A stretch of 61,904 bases of DNA, counting the filler, from Hausera hauseri (Eukaryota), in NCBI GenBank assembly GCA_046269625.1. It is 12 parts of 12 records of this genome, joined end to end, with 100 filler letters (N's around TTAATTAATTAA, not from the genome) between each part and the next. Parts side by side here need not be neighbours in the genome. Positions count along the whole stretch, not along the records: positions 1 to 3,951 come from JBJURY010863520.1; positions 4,052 to 8,227 come from JBJURY010719102.1; positions 8,328 to 14,805 come from JBJURY010096098.1; 9 more parts are not named here. One strand, given 5' to 3'. The translations under genes were made by a program, and so were the position numbers. The notes beneath the pieces are model-generated. The model was not told the DNA's origin and searched no databases. It saw nothing but the letters and a program-made list of their open reading frames with translations. Of the stretch, positions 1 to 13,259 are shown one piece after another. Position 1 is the first letter of the stretch. Each line of letters opens with the position of its first letter.

Positions 1-336
1 AAAAAAGATATACAGTATTTCAGAAGTAGCTAATTTATCTCAAAAGTATCACAGCTGTATGTGTTAGTTTTGTGCAAAAAAAAAAAATGATTTATTTAGG
101 AAGGAAATGAAATAATTAATTATCTACATCAATAAAAAAAATGTTAATTATTTCATTTCCTGCTGATCACAACATAAAACTGTGAGTGAATGAAATCTGC
201 ACGGACTGTCTTTTTATTTGCTGTTGAAAGTTTGATTAAATCATCTATCAAAACTCCAATATAGGCTTCATTTATTTTTAAAATTAAAGGTTTTTTGTTG
301 AAAACTTCTCGAGTGTTGTTTTCAAAACACAAGAAA

Positions 337-407
337 AGGTACTGAGCGGAATCGAACCGCTATAAAAGATTTTGCAGACCTTTACCTAACCATTCGGTCA
401 CAGTACC
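337..407 (-). tRNA. trnC: tRNA-Cys(GCA), bacterial/organelle-like sequence
   Basis: Reverse complement folds as a cloverleaf: acceptor GGTACTG/CAGTACC, D-arm in CCGAATGGTTAGG, anticodon arm AAGGT-CTGCAAA-ATCTT, T-arm AGCGG-TTCGATT-CCGCT, discriminator U (the Cys identity element). No encoded CCA. Confidence 0.9.
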
Positions 408-2380
408 AAGAAAAATATGCCTCGGTTTAGGGCTAGCTATTAAAAGAGAAGTCTCTCACTCAAAAATAATAATATATTAGATTTCATCTAATAATGAAAA
501 AAGAACCCCCAAAAAGTTTTGAACAATCATACAGACTACCCTTATGCATCTTATGATTTCTGAGTAATACAAGTGATAAACATAAATGGCACTGTGGCAT
601 TCATGCTACCTACAGCAAAGCCACATAAAGTTCCAAAGGTACGGCTTTATTCAATACATTTCCTCTGGTAAAAAGCCTGTGTATATTTTCTGACCTTCAG
701 TTCTTTAACAACCAGCTTTCAGCTTCACATCTATTCAGCGGTGGGCCACTAATGCTGCAAGCCTCAGCCAGAAGAACAGTTAATCTCAGGTAAGCCCGCA
801 CTGACTGAGTGGATCTACAGGCCCCGTCCAAATATCTACCTTGTGGAAATAGCATCTGGCATACAATACCTCCCTACTCAACAGCTTCCTAAAATAGGAG
901 CATGTACTAAAGAAGCTTTCATGAACAGATTGAAGATAAGAATGAGGGCAGTAATATGCAGATAGATCAGACGTTGACAGGAAGAAGTCACATTGATGGA
1001 TGTGAACATTTTCAAAGGTAAAGAGACAAAAGCATGGGAGTTTGCTGAACTGGCAAATGTCCAATTATGACCCAGCTTTTATAGTTTCAGATAATCAGAG
1101 CTGTAAAATAATTTGTAGTCGTTCTGCCTGAACAGAAAACCACTGCAAGTTTGAAATGGAGCTCCTGACTGAATACTTGCAGTAATAATGGTGAATATAT
1201 GCAACATAGGCTGTCACCATCAAAACAGAGCCTAGTCATGTTTTATTCCATTTTATTTCTGCAGCTGTACATTGTAATTTCGGTCTGGAGAGAGGGCCTT
1301 GCAGAGTCCATGATTTATTCATTACGGGGGCTCGAGTAGCATAGACCAACGACGTGAGAATGAGCACCTATATTCAATGACTCCCATCTTTCAATATGGA
1401 CAGACTTTCTAGGTCATCCATTTAGAGCACCCGTGCACTTCAAAACACAAGTACTTCCACTGAAAACAGAGGCCATGAAGCGTCTCACACTTTGTAGGAC
1501 TCTCAGGAGACCCAACAAAAAGTAAAGGACTTTACGGTAATATAGAAGCTCTGGAGCTTTAAACTCTGGCATTGGTAATATCTGTCACTTAGATGCAGTT
1601 TTCAGTTCTTGCAGCCATGCTTCCATTGTCAAGCAGTTTTTCCCTCATCAAAGCTCCAGCATTTGGTTCCTAATGAACATAAAATGCCTTCTTGCTTGAT
1701 CGAGGCAATGTAGAACAAAAATGTCCTCTGCCGGGCACATTAAAAATAAATCTTCTCTGGGATTCAAACGGCTGCTCTGTTAGGGCAGAGGAAGATGAGA
1801 GCTGGTACTGCTAGTTTGCCTCGGGAGCCCCTGCAGCAGCCAGTCCCAGCTGATCCATCCATCAGCCTTCCAGCCCGTAGAGGTGAGCGACTATTTGAAG
1901 GCTCTGCCAGCCACCTTATCCTGAGGCTTAACAATCCAATATTGGTTGTTGCCGAAGATAATTACTCTCCATTGATGGTGGAACACCCAGGGCAAGCTGC
2001 ATCCATTTGCATTGCCCAACACCGCAGATCGATCAAGGGAGGAAAGCAGTTGGGAGCTGATAACAGCATTCGTTAGACCAGCGTTCCTGGGAGCGATGTT
2101 GTGCCCTATTACTGGATTTTCGTTCTCTTCAAGCACCTCCCTCTTAGAGCTCCCCTCCCCCACTCTCCACTCCCTGGCCCCCTTCCATTTCTCTGTCTCT
2201 CATTCGTTTGGACCATAACATTCTAATATCGCTTTGGCCATACGTGCTTCAAATATATGTTCTGCAGCTTGCGTTACTAGAAGCTTACGTATTTGTAAAA
2301 ATCTTTCTTTATTCTCTATTATTCAATTCATTATTCTATACATTCTATTTAATATAAGAGTATGAACATATTCTTTATTA

Positions 2381-3900
2381 TTATTTTTTGATGACAGTTA
2401 AATAATATTCAAACTTATCTTCTTCTGTTGGTATTTCTTCAATTTCTACAAACTCTTTATCTGGACCGAGCATCATAATTCGAGGCATTTGAGTAATATC
2501 TTCCTTTTCTGGATTTTCAATAGCACAATTTTTATCGATACCATTGTTGTCTTTCCCTATAATATCGTCCTCATATGTAAACCATGCATACATTCCTTGC
2601 ATTAATTTCGTTTTATCTTTTTTATTCAATTTTTTCGAATGCATTTTATTTTGAATCTTTTTAGTATAAATTTCTAAGAGCTATTTCTCTTATTGACTTT
2701 CGGCCGATGTCTGAGGTACTTTCTCATCATTTTCATTTATTATATTCTGGCAGTTTTTCTGTTCCCCTTGTTTTGTAAGTTTTAATCATTCTTCTATTGT
2801 CCAATCTCTTAATCTATATCTCACCAGTGATATCATTTTATCAGTTTCCTCACGTTCATCATTTTCTTCATTTCTTTTAGATCGAAGCAGATTATTTAAA
2901 AACGTTTCATATACCAAATTATCCAGTATTTCTACTAAATCTTTCATTTCTGTAAACAGATTTATCGATAAATACATCGATATTTCTAACTTCAAGCATT
3001 TGTTTTACATATTTAATCTCTATTTTACAGACGTTATGAAACCTTTCAGAGTACCGAATTTTCTTACCTCTTATCATATTGAGTTCTTTACTTATCATTA
3101 ATTTTTGACATTAGTTTGCCATTTTAATTATCCGGTTAAACTGTTTACGTTTACATTTTTTAAAATAATCAATGAACTATTGTGGTTTCAGTCGTGTTTC
3201 CACTTTATTATCTTTTTCTACAGGGTTTTTTAAACCAAAACAGCCTTTCTCTAGGACCTGCTTTGAGACCTTTTCTGAATATATTCGGTCTATTTTTGTA
3301 ACGGTTATATCGAGTTTTATCTTCTCTTTAATTAGTTTCTTGTCATTAAAATCTTCATAGTTCTGTAAGCCTATGTCATCTTTCTTTAATAAATACTCTA
3401 ATCCTTCTGGACGTTGTAACTTCTCCAATCTTTTTCGTAAATTTATTTCCATTTCGTCTTCGTATTTTTCAGAATCTACTGTATTTTTGCTTTTAATCAT
3501 AGAGTACTGGTTTTCAACCATAAAAACTTCATTACAATTCACATTATCAATATTTTCCTCTAAAGTTTCAAAATATCAGTACTTACTTCTTTTACGTCTC
3601 CATGTAATTTTATTTCTGAATCATCTGGCATTCTTGCCTTTTCAAATTTACTAATATCAAATATGTCATCAACTCTAAAACATCGATTATCATTTAATAT
3701 ATAATTCATCCGATTTGACACCTCCAAATCATCAATTATTTTTCCATTTCCTACTTCCAAATCCCCAAATTGTCGAGCTACATCTAAAGTACCAATGGTT
3801 TCAATATTTGATTCTTACATTAAATTATTACAATTTGGAATTTTTTTCATCTTATTTCGATTTCCATAATTTAAATTTTCAGTGCATACAACATCTAAAT
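2381..3900 (-). pseudogene. Run of co-oriented K/E/D/N-rich ORF fragments, probably one decayed gene of unknown function
   Basis: Minus-strand ORFs 3560-3760, 3177-3542, 2786-2995 and 2381-2644 share composition; no recognisable motif. Confidence 0.3.
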
Positions 3901-3951
3901 TTATACTAAACCCTATCTTTCTTGAAATGTTTTCATTATTATTCACATAAT

Positions 3952-4051
3952 NNNNNNNNNNNNNNNNNNNNNNNNNNNNNNNNNNNNNNNNNNNNTTAAT
4001 TAATTAANNNNNNNNNNNNNNNNNNNNNNNNNNNNNNNNNNNNNNNNNNNN
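3952..4051. other. Artificial contig-joining linker N44-TTAATTAATTAA-N44 (also at 8228, 14806, 21688, 28189, 32367, 36896, 41817, 46081, 52292, 57498)
   Basis: Identical 100-bp spacer with stops in all six frames, repeated 11 times. Confidence 0.98.
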
Positions 4052-6916
4052 AACATTTACAATTATACATTTACTCCAGATGTATTTATTGTCTGATTTT
4101 ATAATTATGTGACCTGTTTCACAGAATTTACATTCTGAATTATTATTATTATTATTATTGTATTGTATGTATTTATAAAGGAGGGTTATAGGTGAGTTTT
4201 TCAAATTAAAAAGAATTTCATGAGCGAGCGGTGGTGGGGGCAAGCGAATGAAATTTTTTAAAGATTTAAGGGGCCAGTATATACCAGCCCTTTATAACTA
4301 TTTGTATCATAAAACTAATTACGTCCAAACACACAAATTAATATATATTTATACAAATGATTTTTTTAATTTTTCACTTTAATTAATATAAAAAACTCGT
4401 ACAATGAACAATAGCTTCGTACTTAATTTAATTTCATTTAATTGATTAAACATGGTTGTTGTCAATTTCAATAAACAATATAGCAATCTATTATAAAATA
4501 TTTGAAGCCGTTTCGTCTCATAACTGTATTATGTTCGTCATCTCTGCGCGTTCCGGTCATGGTGGCATTAGTGGCATCCATTTATAGTCAATTTCCGTTT
4601 ATTCTTTTCGTCTAAGATCCTCGGATTAATGCTCTAGAATTACGTAGACGTGTATAGGTGGCATAACTTGTATGTTTAACGTTATGAAAGGATTTGCTTT
4701 GTTCTGGACTCTAAGATATTGGGAGTAAACTAAGTCAAACAATTCAATAAAGTTTACACCTGATCGTTGAGAATTGGTACTTCGTAGAATTCAATTAGCG
4801 AGAATAATTTTTGAGAAAACAGTTGTGTTTTGTTCCTGCAACAGTAGTTTATATACTGTCCTCTTTTTGAATTTTTAAATTTGAATAACAGTTATGATTT
4901 TTTAATTACTCATTGGATAATCGGAGAATAACGCAGGCGTGGTGTTTTTTGAAATTCATTGCGAATTAGTATTATCAATTTTTGATTCACGAATTTCGAC
5001 ATGTCACATTTGTGTGTTATATTAAGGCTGCTGATGGCTTTTTTAATTCAATTTTTATACTGCACATAACGTTCGGGGCCATTTGAGATGGCGGTTTTTA
5101 AATTTCAGTTTGTGTCGAGTGAACATGGTATTTCGATATTTGATTTTTTTAATCTGATAATTGCGAACGTGTACGACTAGAGGGTGACTGACATTTTAAT
5201 ACTTTGGGTTTTTTATATTTTTAATAATTTGCTATATGACATAGTGTGACATTTTGGTTATCTGGCGACCTATCTGCGGTATTCAGTGGGGCCTGCATCT
5301 TATCGCAGCGGTCTAATTGACAGTCGGTCGGTACTAGGAACTTTTTAGATACCGTGACTAATGCGAATTTGGAATTTCCAAATTCCATAATTAGTCTTGC
5401 ACTTTGGAGAAATGTTAATTAATATGTTAATTAATTTAATTTTTATTAATGTTATTTATAAGTGGTACAAAACTCTTGAAAGAAAATGGAGAATAATCTT
5501 ATTATAATATGGAATACTAATCCAACGATTGGGGAGGCAATAAAATTAACTGTTTTGAATATTAATAGTCCAGTTATTATTTTAATTAATTGGTTACTTT
5601 GCCACCTTGGATAATGAGAATTGTACAACTCGCAGAAGTTGTGGAAACACCATCAAAGCAAGACGTCGTTGACATATATTCAAGGAATAATTATAAAAAA
5701 TATTCACACCGTCATAGTCAAATTTATCTGAATTGCACTATTTTAAGTCACGAAATATTGTTGTCAGTTTTTGTTAATTTCAGATCCCAGAATTAAATGT
5801 TAATTTGTTTTTGTTAGATTTGGACTGAACTGGAAAACAAAACGGCAAAGTGGTCGGTGAAGGCCACAATTATTTTCTTGAGGGATTGGGTGGGAAAATA
5901 GTTGGGAAGCCCTGTTCTAAACGAGTACAACTGATATTCGGACTAACTGCTTGAATTTGAAATTCAACATGCATAATCAAAATGTAAACCATGCAACAGT
6001 TTTCATGGAAGCAGGCAATGCATATTAATAGTTATGATTATTTTACAAATAAAGAAATAAATTGAGCTGATTTAATTGCTGAATTGTTTGTGTTTAAATC
6101 ATTGCCTAAACGACCAGTTTGATTAGATTAATGATAGTTATTCAGATTTTCCCCTTTGTTAGTGGTATGCTAATACTTCAGTTTTTGAATGTTCGGTCCG
6201 CAAGTATAGATTTGTTATAAAAAGATCATGGTACGATCATGCAGCAAGAATTGTCATCGGAGGGAGTTGAACCTCTTCAGGTGATGAGATTGGGAACGCT
6301 GTTGAGACAACATGTGGTAATTGACGTACGTCTGAAACGGATTCTTATTTGATGATTGACACAGGAACCACCAGATTATCTTATTGACGGTTACATACCT
6401 ACCATTCACGGACAGGCCGTCAGGACATTCGTTATTCGGCCCATTTGTCAAAGTATACCACGAAATAAGGATATAGGTGGATGCCCTCTATCACAAAAAT
6501 GTTCAAGGTTTATTGCGCTAATAATACGTTTTGTAGGGTTCAATACATTCCGTGATAAATGTGTTGATGATGGTGAGCGAAGGATTAGCGGAGAAGTTAG
6601 CAGTAAAGGTGGCCAGGTCAGTCAAAGGAACATAATCCATGGCGAGGGTTATTGTTTCAATATATTTAACTAGGATGTATTTTATGTTTATTATTCCTAT
6701 TTTGAATAATCTCAACTAACTGTGCACGTGAATTTTAGATTTTATATTGATTACATTGGCTCTAAGGGATGCCCTTTCTGCCTCTTTAAGTTGGATAAGT
6801 GGAAAAGATATCCAGGAGCACATGCTATTGTTAAGGAAACCCAACAGGTCGGAAGTCCAGTCCAGGGTTGAGTGAAGGTCTTTGTTTTCAATTTTATTTG
6901 TACTTTTTGGTGTAGC

Positions 6917-7783
6917 TCAGTCCATAACTTGCTTGATGTTTTGGGTATCAGTTTGTGTTGTCGTGGTTATCATACGTGATGTGGGCGTGTCGGTTAATTT
7001 AGGTTGTTTTTTAGTTATTTTTGACCTATGACTACGGCTTGAATGTGTGGGTTGAGGTGAAGGCTGGAAGACAATAGGCCTGTGCAACGGCGGAAGGGTT
7101 AAAGGGTGGTGCTGTGACCAGGAGTATTGTATTGGGAGGTTACGTTTGGTAACTTCAAGAGGTTTGTATTTAGCGCGCAAGTACTGAGCGTAGGGAACCA
7201 GAATGGTGGACTTAATATGGGCCATTTGCTCTGCATAGAAGAAGTGTCTAAAAATCATATCTATAGTATACAGGTACCCTGTTTGTTCGAGTATATGTCG
7301 AAACGTACAGTAGGATAGTGGTTTCTGAGAATGTTTAAAGGTATCGCATAAATTAGGTAGGAAGGAGAAACAAAGGATAGTATTCCTTAGTCCTATTACG
7401 TATCTAAGCACAGCCAGCTCGGATTCGGACAGGTCATAGGTCCGGCCGCCAGGAAGGAAATGAAATACATAGTAATAACTAAAGAAATCCAGCTCGAATC
7501 TGTCTCCGGAGCCACAGGGCATCAATTCTGGACTCTGGGGACCACCAGGAAAAGAAGTGTTTACAAAAAAGTCCAGCTCGAATCGTTCGGATTCGCCAAG
7601 AAAAACGAAAACATTACAGAAATAATAAAAGCTACTGTAAAATTTATCAGGACTAACTACTTCAATGTACATGGAAATGCTGCCCCGAGTCTCCAAGCTC
7701 CGGCCAGCCTCAGGCAAGTTTGGAGTATCACCGCAGTCCGACGTCCTGGTGATGCTGCCCCGGCCACCCAAGTCCCGGTCCAC
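6917..7783 (-). CDS. Hypothetical protein (288-aa ORF; true start uncertain)
   Basis: Longest ORF of contig 2; its 5' part overlaps degenerate repeats (RFELDFF twice); basic/Thr-rich C-terminus; no family recognised. Confidence 0.35.
   Translation of the reverse strand: MDRDLGGRGSITRTSDCGDTPNLPEAGRSLETRGSISMYIEVVSPDKFYSSFYYFCNVFVFLGESERFELDFFVNTSFPGGPQSPELMPCGSGDRFELDFFSYYYVFHFLPGGRTYDLSESELAVLRYVIGLRNTILCFSFLPNLCDTFKHSQKPLSYCTFRHILEQTGYLYTIDMIFRHFFYAEQMAHIKSTILVPYAQYLRAKYKPLEVTKRNLPIQYSWSQHHPLTLPPLHRPIVFQPSPQPTHSSRSHRSKITKKQPKLTDTPTSRMITTTTQTDTQNIKQVMD
7414..7640. repeat. Three degenerate ~75-85 bp repeats starting with CCAGCTCG
   Basis: CCAGCTCGGATTC (7414), CCAGCTCGAATC (7489, 7573), each followed by (A/G)CCA(G/A)GAA and an A-rich tract. 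Confidence 0.5.
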
Positions 7784-8327
7784 TTCCGGAGAGCTTTGGG
7801 TATCTCTTGCTCCGCGGGATTTTCTGAGCTGGGAAGGAGTATTTCCTAAAACCGAAGTTTCGGGCTGTTAGAATCTCTTAATTACCCAAAAATCTTAATT
7901 AAAAAATCAAAAAATCGATCAGAATCCCAAACTGACCTTTTCGAATTTGAAACCTGTGAGAGAAATAACCATTTCCCCAATCAACAAAAATCCCAAAAAG
8001 TAAAAATCGAAAACAAACTTGAAGAGCATGAATCCAGCTAAACAAATTCGAAAACCGCATTAAAAAATAACTATCCAAATAGAAACAGTTCAAAAAACAA
8101 GTCAGAAAGCCACAGAACAAAATTCCAGAAAAGCATCAAATGAAAATCAAAAAGTACAAATTTCAAAAACACTGAAACGAAAATTTATCACCAAAATTCA
8201 GCGATTTTTCTGTACAGTGAACCGATCNNNNNNNNNNNNNNNNNNNNNNNNNNNNNNNNNNNNNNNNNNNNTTAATTAATTAANNNNNNNNNNNNNNNNN
8301 NNNNNNNNNNNNNNNNNNNNNNNNNNN

Positions 8328-11045
8328 CAATTCGCTTGTAAAGTTTCTTCCTCAGTATGACAAGATTTGTTCGGATGGCCCGTATCTGCAAATGGTTTTC
8401 CAAATTAGAACTTTAGCCAAGGTTTCGGCCTTTTGTTCTAATAACGCCACAAGTTCGACGAAGTGAGTCAATCGGTATACACAGGTCAAAATATATTTGA
8501 TATTCTTGTGGGTCGTAGGTAATGGTCCTACAATATCCATAGACATTGCTTGCATTGGTCTATTGGGCACGTCGATAGACTTAACCTCTGCAACATAGTT
8601 TTTCACTTTTCTCTTCTTGATCGCACACACTTCACAAGCATTTACCCAATTTCTCACGTCAATGTAAATGCTCGACCAACAGTACTTATTTAATATCCTT
8701 TCCAATGTCTTTTTCCACGATATGTGTCCGGCTACGTATGAATCGTGTTTGGCCATGAGTACTTCCGCTCGTAATTCCTTCGGTATGACTACTAATTTTC
8801 ATCCTTTTCGTTTGTAGTATAACAAATTTTCGTGGTTCAAGTCTCCAGCGATGCAGTATTTGTGACAATATCGTCGTAAGTGTTTTCGTAGCTGATGACC
8901 CTTTGTTGTATCAATGTACTTGATAATTTGTTGTATAACCTTGTCTTTTCTCTGTTCGACGACAATCCTTAATGCCTTATCTAGTGTGAGAGTCCGTTGT
9001 CTTTCTACTAAATCTTTAAGGTGTGCTTTCCTCATTACCGTAACTGCGCTTGTTTTGGTTTTAAGTCTCGTTAATGCGTCGGCATCGACGTGTTTACCTC
9101 CGGGTTTGTATTGAAATTTAACATTGTAACGTGAAATTTCTTCTATGCATCTGTTTAGTCTACATCTTGGATTATTTGCCCTACCTTTCAAAGTCGTAAA
9201 TGCTTTATGATCAGTAACAATTATAATCTTTTGTCAATATACGTATACGTTAAAATGTCGCAGTGCTTTTTTTACTGCCAACGTTCCAACTCTGCTACCT
9301 AATAGTTCTTCGCAGTTTTCTTTAGAGAACGCCCTCCATATGTGATTGGGTGTTCTAACTCCTCGTCTCTTTGTTTCTAGCCAGTTTGTATCCGATACCT
9401 TCCTTACTGGCGTTTATTTTGATTATGAACGGTAGGTTAAAGTCGGAGTACCGTAGAACAGGCTCACTAGTTAGAATCTATTTCATTTTATCAAAAGCTT
9501 TTTGTTCTGCATCGGTCCATTTTTACTTAATCCCTTTTTGAGTAAGCGGAATAAAGGTGCGTTTATCTTTGCCTTATCTGGTACGTAGGTTCCATAATAT
9601 CCACATAGACCTAACCAGTGTCTTAATTCCTTCTGATTCTGAGGTGCATACAATCCGATATCTTACTTAATAATGATTTATTCGGCTTCGATCCTCCTTC
9701 TCCGACTATATGTCCAAGGTAAGATACAGCATTTCGAGCCCATTTGCATTTCTTTGGATTCAATTTTAATCAAGCTTGTTCCAGCCTCATGAGTGTACCT
9801 TCAATATTCTTTAAACGTTCGTCTTCCGTTTACAAGGCAATCATGACGTCATCTAAATAGGAGAACGCATGTTCCAGTCCCATTACCATCTTGTTTATTA
9901 TGAGAGTAAAGATAGCTGGTACATTAGTTATTCCAAAAGGCATGACATTGAATTCATATATACAGTCGTGTGCCTTAAATGCTGTTTTGTAACGATCTTC
10001 CTCTTCTATCTCTACCTGCCAATATCGAGAATATAAATCGAGCGTAGTAAACCATTTAGTTCCCAAAAGTCTGTCCAGGGCTTTCTTTACCAATGGTAGC
10101 GGAAAAGAATCCTTCATCATAAGTGTATTTAATGTTCGATAGTCGATACAAAATCGATGTTTAATGGTATTTTTCTTCTTAACCATGAGTATCTGTAAAT
10201 ACCAAGATCTGTAGTTTGGTCTAATTATGTCGGCCTTCAACATTCGTTCAACCTCATTAGTTATTTCTGGCCGGAACAAGTGTGGAGGAGGGTACCACTT
10301 GGGCATCTTTTGAACTTCCAAATCTATTTTGTCGTTGGAGCCAGGTTTTTTTTTAAGTGGAATAGTAAATCTTAAGGTTTTTGCTCGGCCAATATCCTCT
10401 TCATCTCTCGCGATAATCGAGCTGTAACGACAAAGTAAGTCGTAGAATCGGCAGTACGATTCCGATGAAAATTTAGTCTTAACGTGGGGCGGAAATTCGT
10501 CACCCTTATATGGTTTTTCTTCGACGGTGATTGATAATACTCTATACGTGTGTCCCAAAGTGGTATTGGCGTAAAATTTAATCGGGGTTGGTGCGTTATT
10601 GGCTATCTTCATTTGCACACGGCCCGTTGATACTTTTGTCAGAACATTTCTGAGCACGAGGTTTGAATCGAGTGATTCCTTTGGTTCAAAATATATTGGA
10701 TGATCGTCATACTGACGTATCTGAGCATATATTAGTATTTCTGTTCTGGGAGGTATGGTTTCATCTACTGCAATCCACACTTCTCCGAACTTTTTATCTT
10801 TGGTGGTTTTAACTCCTTTTATTGGGCCAAGTTCTATCAACTTACCTGCATTGAAATCGATTGCTATATTAGGTAGTTGTCTCAATATGTCACACCCTAA
10901 CACCACATCATCCGTTAATTGCTCAATTACTGAGAATTCATGACGAAAAGATTGTTCCATTATGTGAATTTCTGGATTCCATAGGAATTTACTCTTCGAG
11001 GATTGTCAAAAAGTCCCAATGCTTCCTGGATCTGTCGTAGGAGGT
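8328..11045 (-). pseudogene. pol: Gypsy pol: PR C-terminal half, dUTPase-like spacer, RT, RNase H, IN (frameshifted)
   Basis: RFCIDYRTLN, FTTLDL..YWQV, YEFNVMPFG, SYLDDV; TDHKAF..L and YKPGGKHVDADALTR; HD..AGH...CEVC zinc finger, MDIVGPLP integrase core. Confidence 0.95.
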
Positions 11046-11049
11046 GGAT

Positions 11050-13252
11050 CTTGCGCAATATCCCGTAGCGTTTTGTTTCTTCGTAGGGATCCTCTCTGTT
11101 CACTGGCTTTTGATAGACGTCTGTCTGACACAAGCTCATAGATTGTTTTTCGCAATCTTCATATATAGGTGCCGTTGGCGGCAATATTGGTAATGGTACT
11201 TTTATAACAGAGTAATTTTTTGTGCCTGTTTGGTCTGGAGATAATGTATCCTCCCTTAGGCTCGTCATCATCAGAATTATTTCTTCGTGTCTTACTGTCT
11301 ATGAATTTTTGCCTGTAATATAATATTTGTCTTTTGCGTTTCCGATCATAGTAGCCAAAATGCCGTTCCACATTTGTTTTCAATTTACTTTCTTCACAAG
11401 CCTTTAAGAATTTACCGAAAGGTGTAATGATAGCCGTTAAAATTTTGCACAAAAATCTTGTCAAGGTAAATATCTCGTATTTATTTATGATTGCTTTAAT
11501 TGTAGCTTTTACCAGTTGAATTAAGAAGCATATTGCTAGAAATCCTGACGCATCTTGTCCGAATATCAGGAATCGTCCCCACATTTTGTATAATATTTCC
11601 GTGGTTACCTTCTTGTAATAGCCAACACCAAGTAATGACTCCAATTTTGCCTGATAGCGCGAGGCCTCTAATATTGTATGCATCGCTCTGTTTAATTCAT
11701 GTGTGCACTGACGAGGAAAAGCAAGAAATTATCTGAACGCCTCTACTGCTTTTGGTCAGTAGATACCCTTCGCAGCTGTATCCTGAAACTTATCATCGGT
11801 TATTCTTTTTATTAAGTTTGTTCCTCTCAGTTTGGTAGGTGGTGCGATAATACCACCGTTCGGTAAACTTACCCAGTCAGTTTCGCTACGTCTAAACATC
11901 GGCTTTTCTAAGCTGGTTTTACATTCTCTTAAAATTGTCGGTTGAGTAGCATTAGCTAATAGTACTCTGGTAATTGGTGTTACTAGTTGCGGTGCGTCTT
12001 GATATATCACTGGAAGCTCTTGTATACACGTCTTCTCTTCCACATTAGTCGGTACGTCTTTCTTCTCGCACTCATACATCAATAAGACTTCTACAGGTAC
12101 TTGTCCAAAAACACCTTCCTTCATCGGAATTATTGGTAATACCAACTCCGGATTTGCATATATTATAGCTACCTTAGTTCTTATGATTTTCAAATCCAAT
12201 TTGCAGTCTTTTATTATCATCTTATGGTACAACTTGGCTATTCCACCTTGTCCTTTATAGTAGAAATAGTCGTCTATGTTCTTCAAATAGTTTTCAATCC
12301 GGATGTCCTGAGTTTTGAATTTGAACGTTCTGGTGTTTATTTCTGTTTCGGCTACGAAAAGTGCTTCATAGTTGGTGGCATAAATTATGACGTCGCATAT
12401 TGTGAGCATAGCTTTCTTTACACATTTTAATTTATGAGTATCAGAAATCAATATAGTGGGTGTAGACTGTTCAGCTACATTTTCTCTTGTTTTAGAGTTA
12501 GTTTCTGTGCGACTTAATTCTTTACTTTTTTAATTCTGATAAAGTTGTAATCGATCTTAGCTGGGGGTTCCCAATTTACTACGGAACTTCAAAACACGCA
12601 TGTGCCATCCTGAATGTGGCACTTGTGTTTCTCGGTGTAAAATTTAGTAACGCTATGGAACATCACTTTCTCTATGCGCATTTAAGTTTCGTAAAAGTTT
12701 ACTACCAAGACGTTTGACTCTAATCCTTTTTGGGTATCGTATTCTGTACCTTGACAATGTCCTGTGTGCATATCTAGTCTTCCTGCTGCTACTTTGTATA
12801 CTCTGATTATTTTCCCTTGCTACATTTCCAGTTCCATACCATCCAATTTTATTCTCCCCGTTTTTCTAGTTTGCTTACTGCTGACGTTCTAAATTCATCG
12901 GAATTAGTGGTGTTGCTTGCTTGATTATTGACGAGTATCCATGTACCAATCCACAATGGAAGATGCTTCGAAATCGGCGTAACATACATTCTACTCCGTC
13001 CAGCGTAACTAGTTCCCGTTGTTCGTATAGTATATAATTTTTCTCTTTTCTTTCTAATCTATGGGGCCTCGCATCTTCGCACATTTCCAAGTCCATTAAC
13101 GAATATTTTTGGCCAAGTTTAAATTTGTCACAATCATGTACCGCAACTGCGCCCATTTGCCTTACTAACATCATCATGGTCAAAAAATTGATTAGCCAAT
13201 TCGATTCATTTCCTCTGCAATTTCCAGTTATATTGTGTAGCAGATCTACCAC
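11050..13252 (-). pseudogene. env: Chuvirus-like (class III/gB-type) envelope fusion glycoprotein, fragmented
   Basis: Signal-like WLINFLTMMMLVRQMGA, then HDC..YSLMDLEMC, EC..R..FHCG, AG....GHC.G..Y, EVLL.YEC, C..ELPVIY, P.TRVL, P.F....W, GIY; TM region WGRFLIFG..SGFLAICFLIQLVK; basic tail. Confidence 0.85.
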
Positions 13253-13259
13253 TCTATTG

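Noticed and set aside
3952-4051. Regularly recurring TTAATTAATTAA palindrome between N runs
   Set aside because: Artificial six-frame-stop linker; adjacency across these linkers carries no biological meaning.
4268-4292. Small stem-loop GGGC-CAGTATATACCA-GCCC as a CRESS-DNA virus origin
   Set aside because: The loop is not the NANTATTAC nonamer, the stem is short, and no Rep motifs are nearby.
4560-6640. Alternative genetic code (several in-frame TGA)
   Set aside because: TAA and TAG stops and frameshifts also occur and TGG is used; ordinary pseudogene decay explains it.
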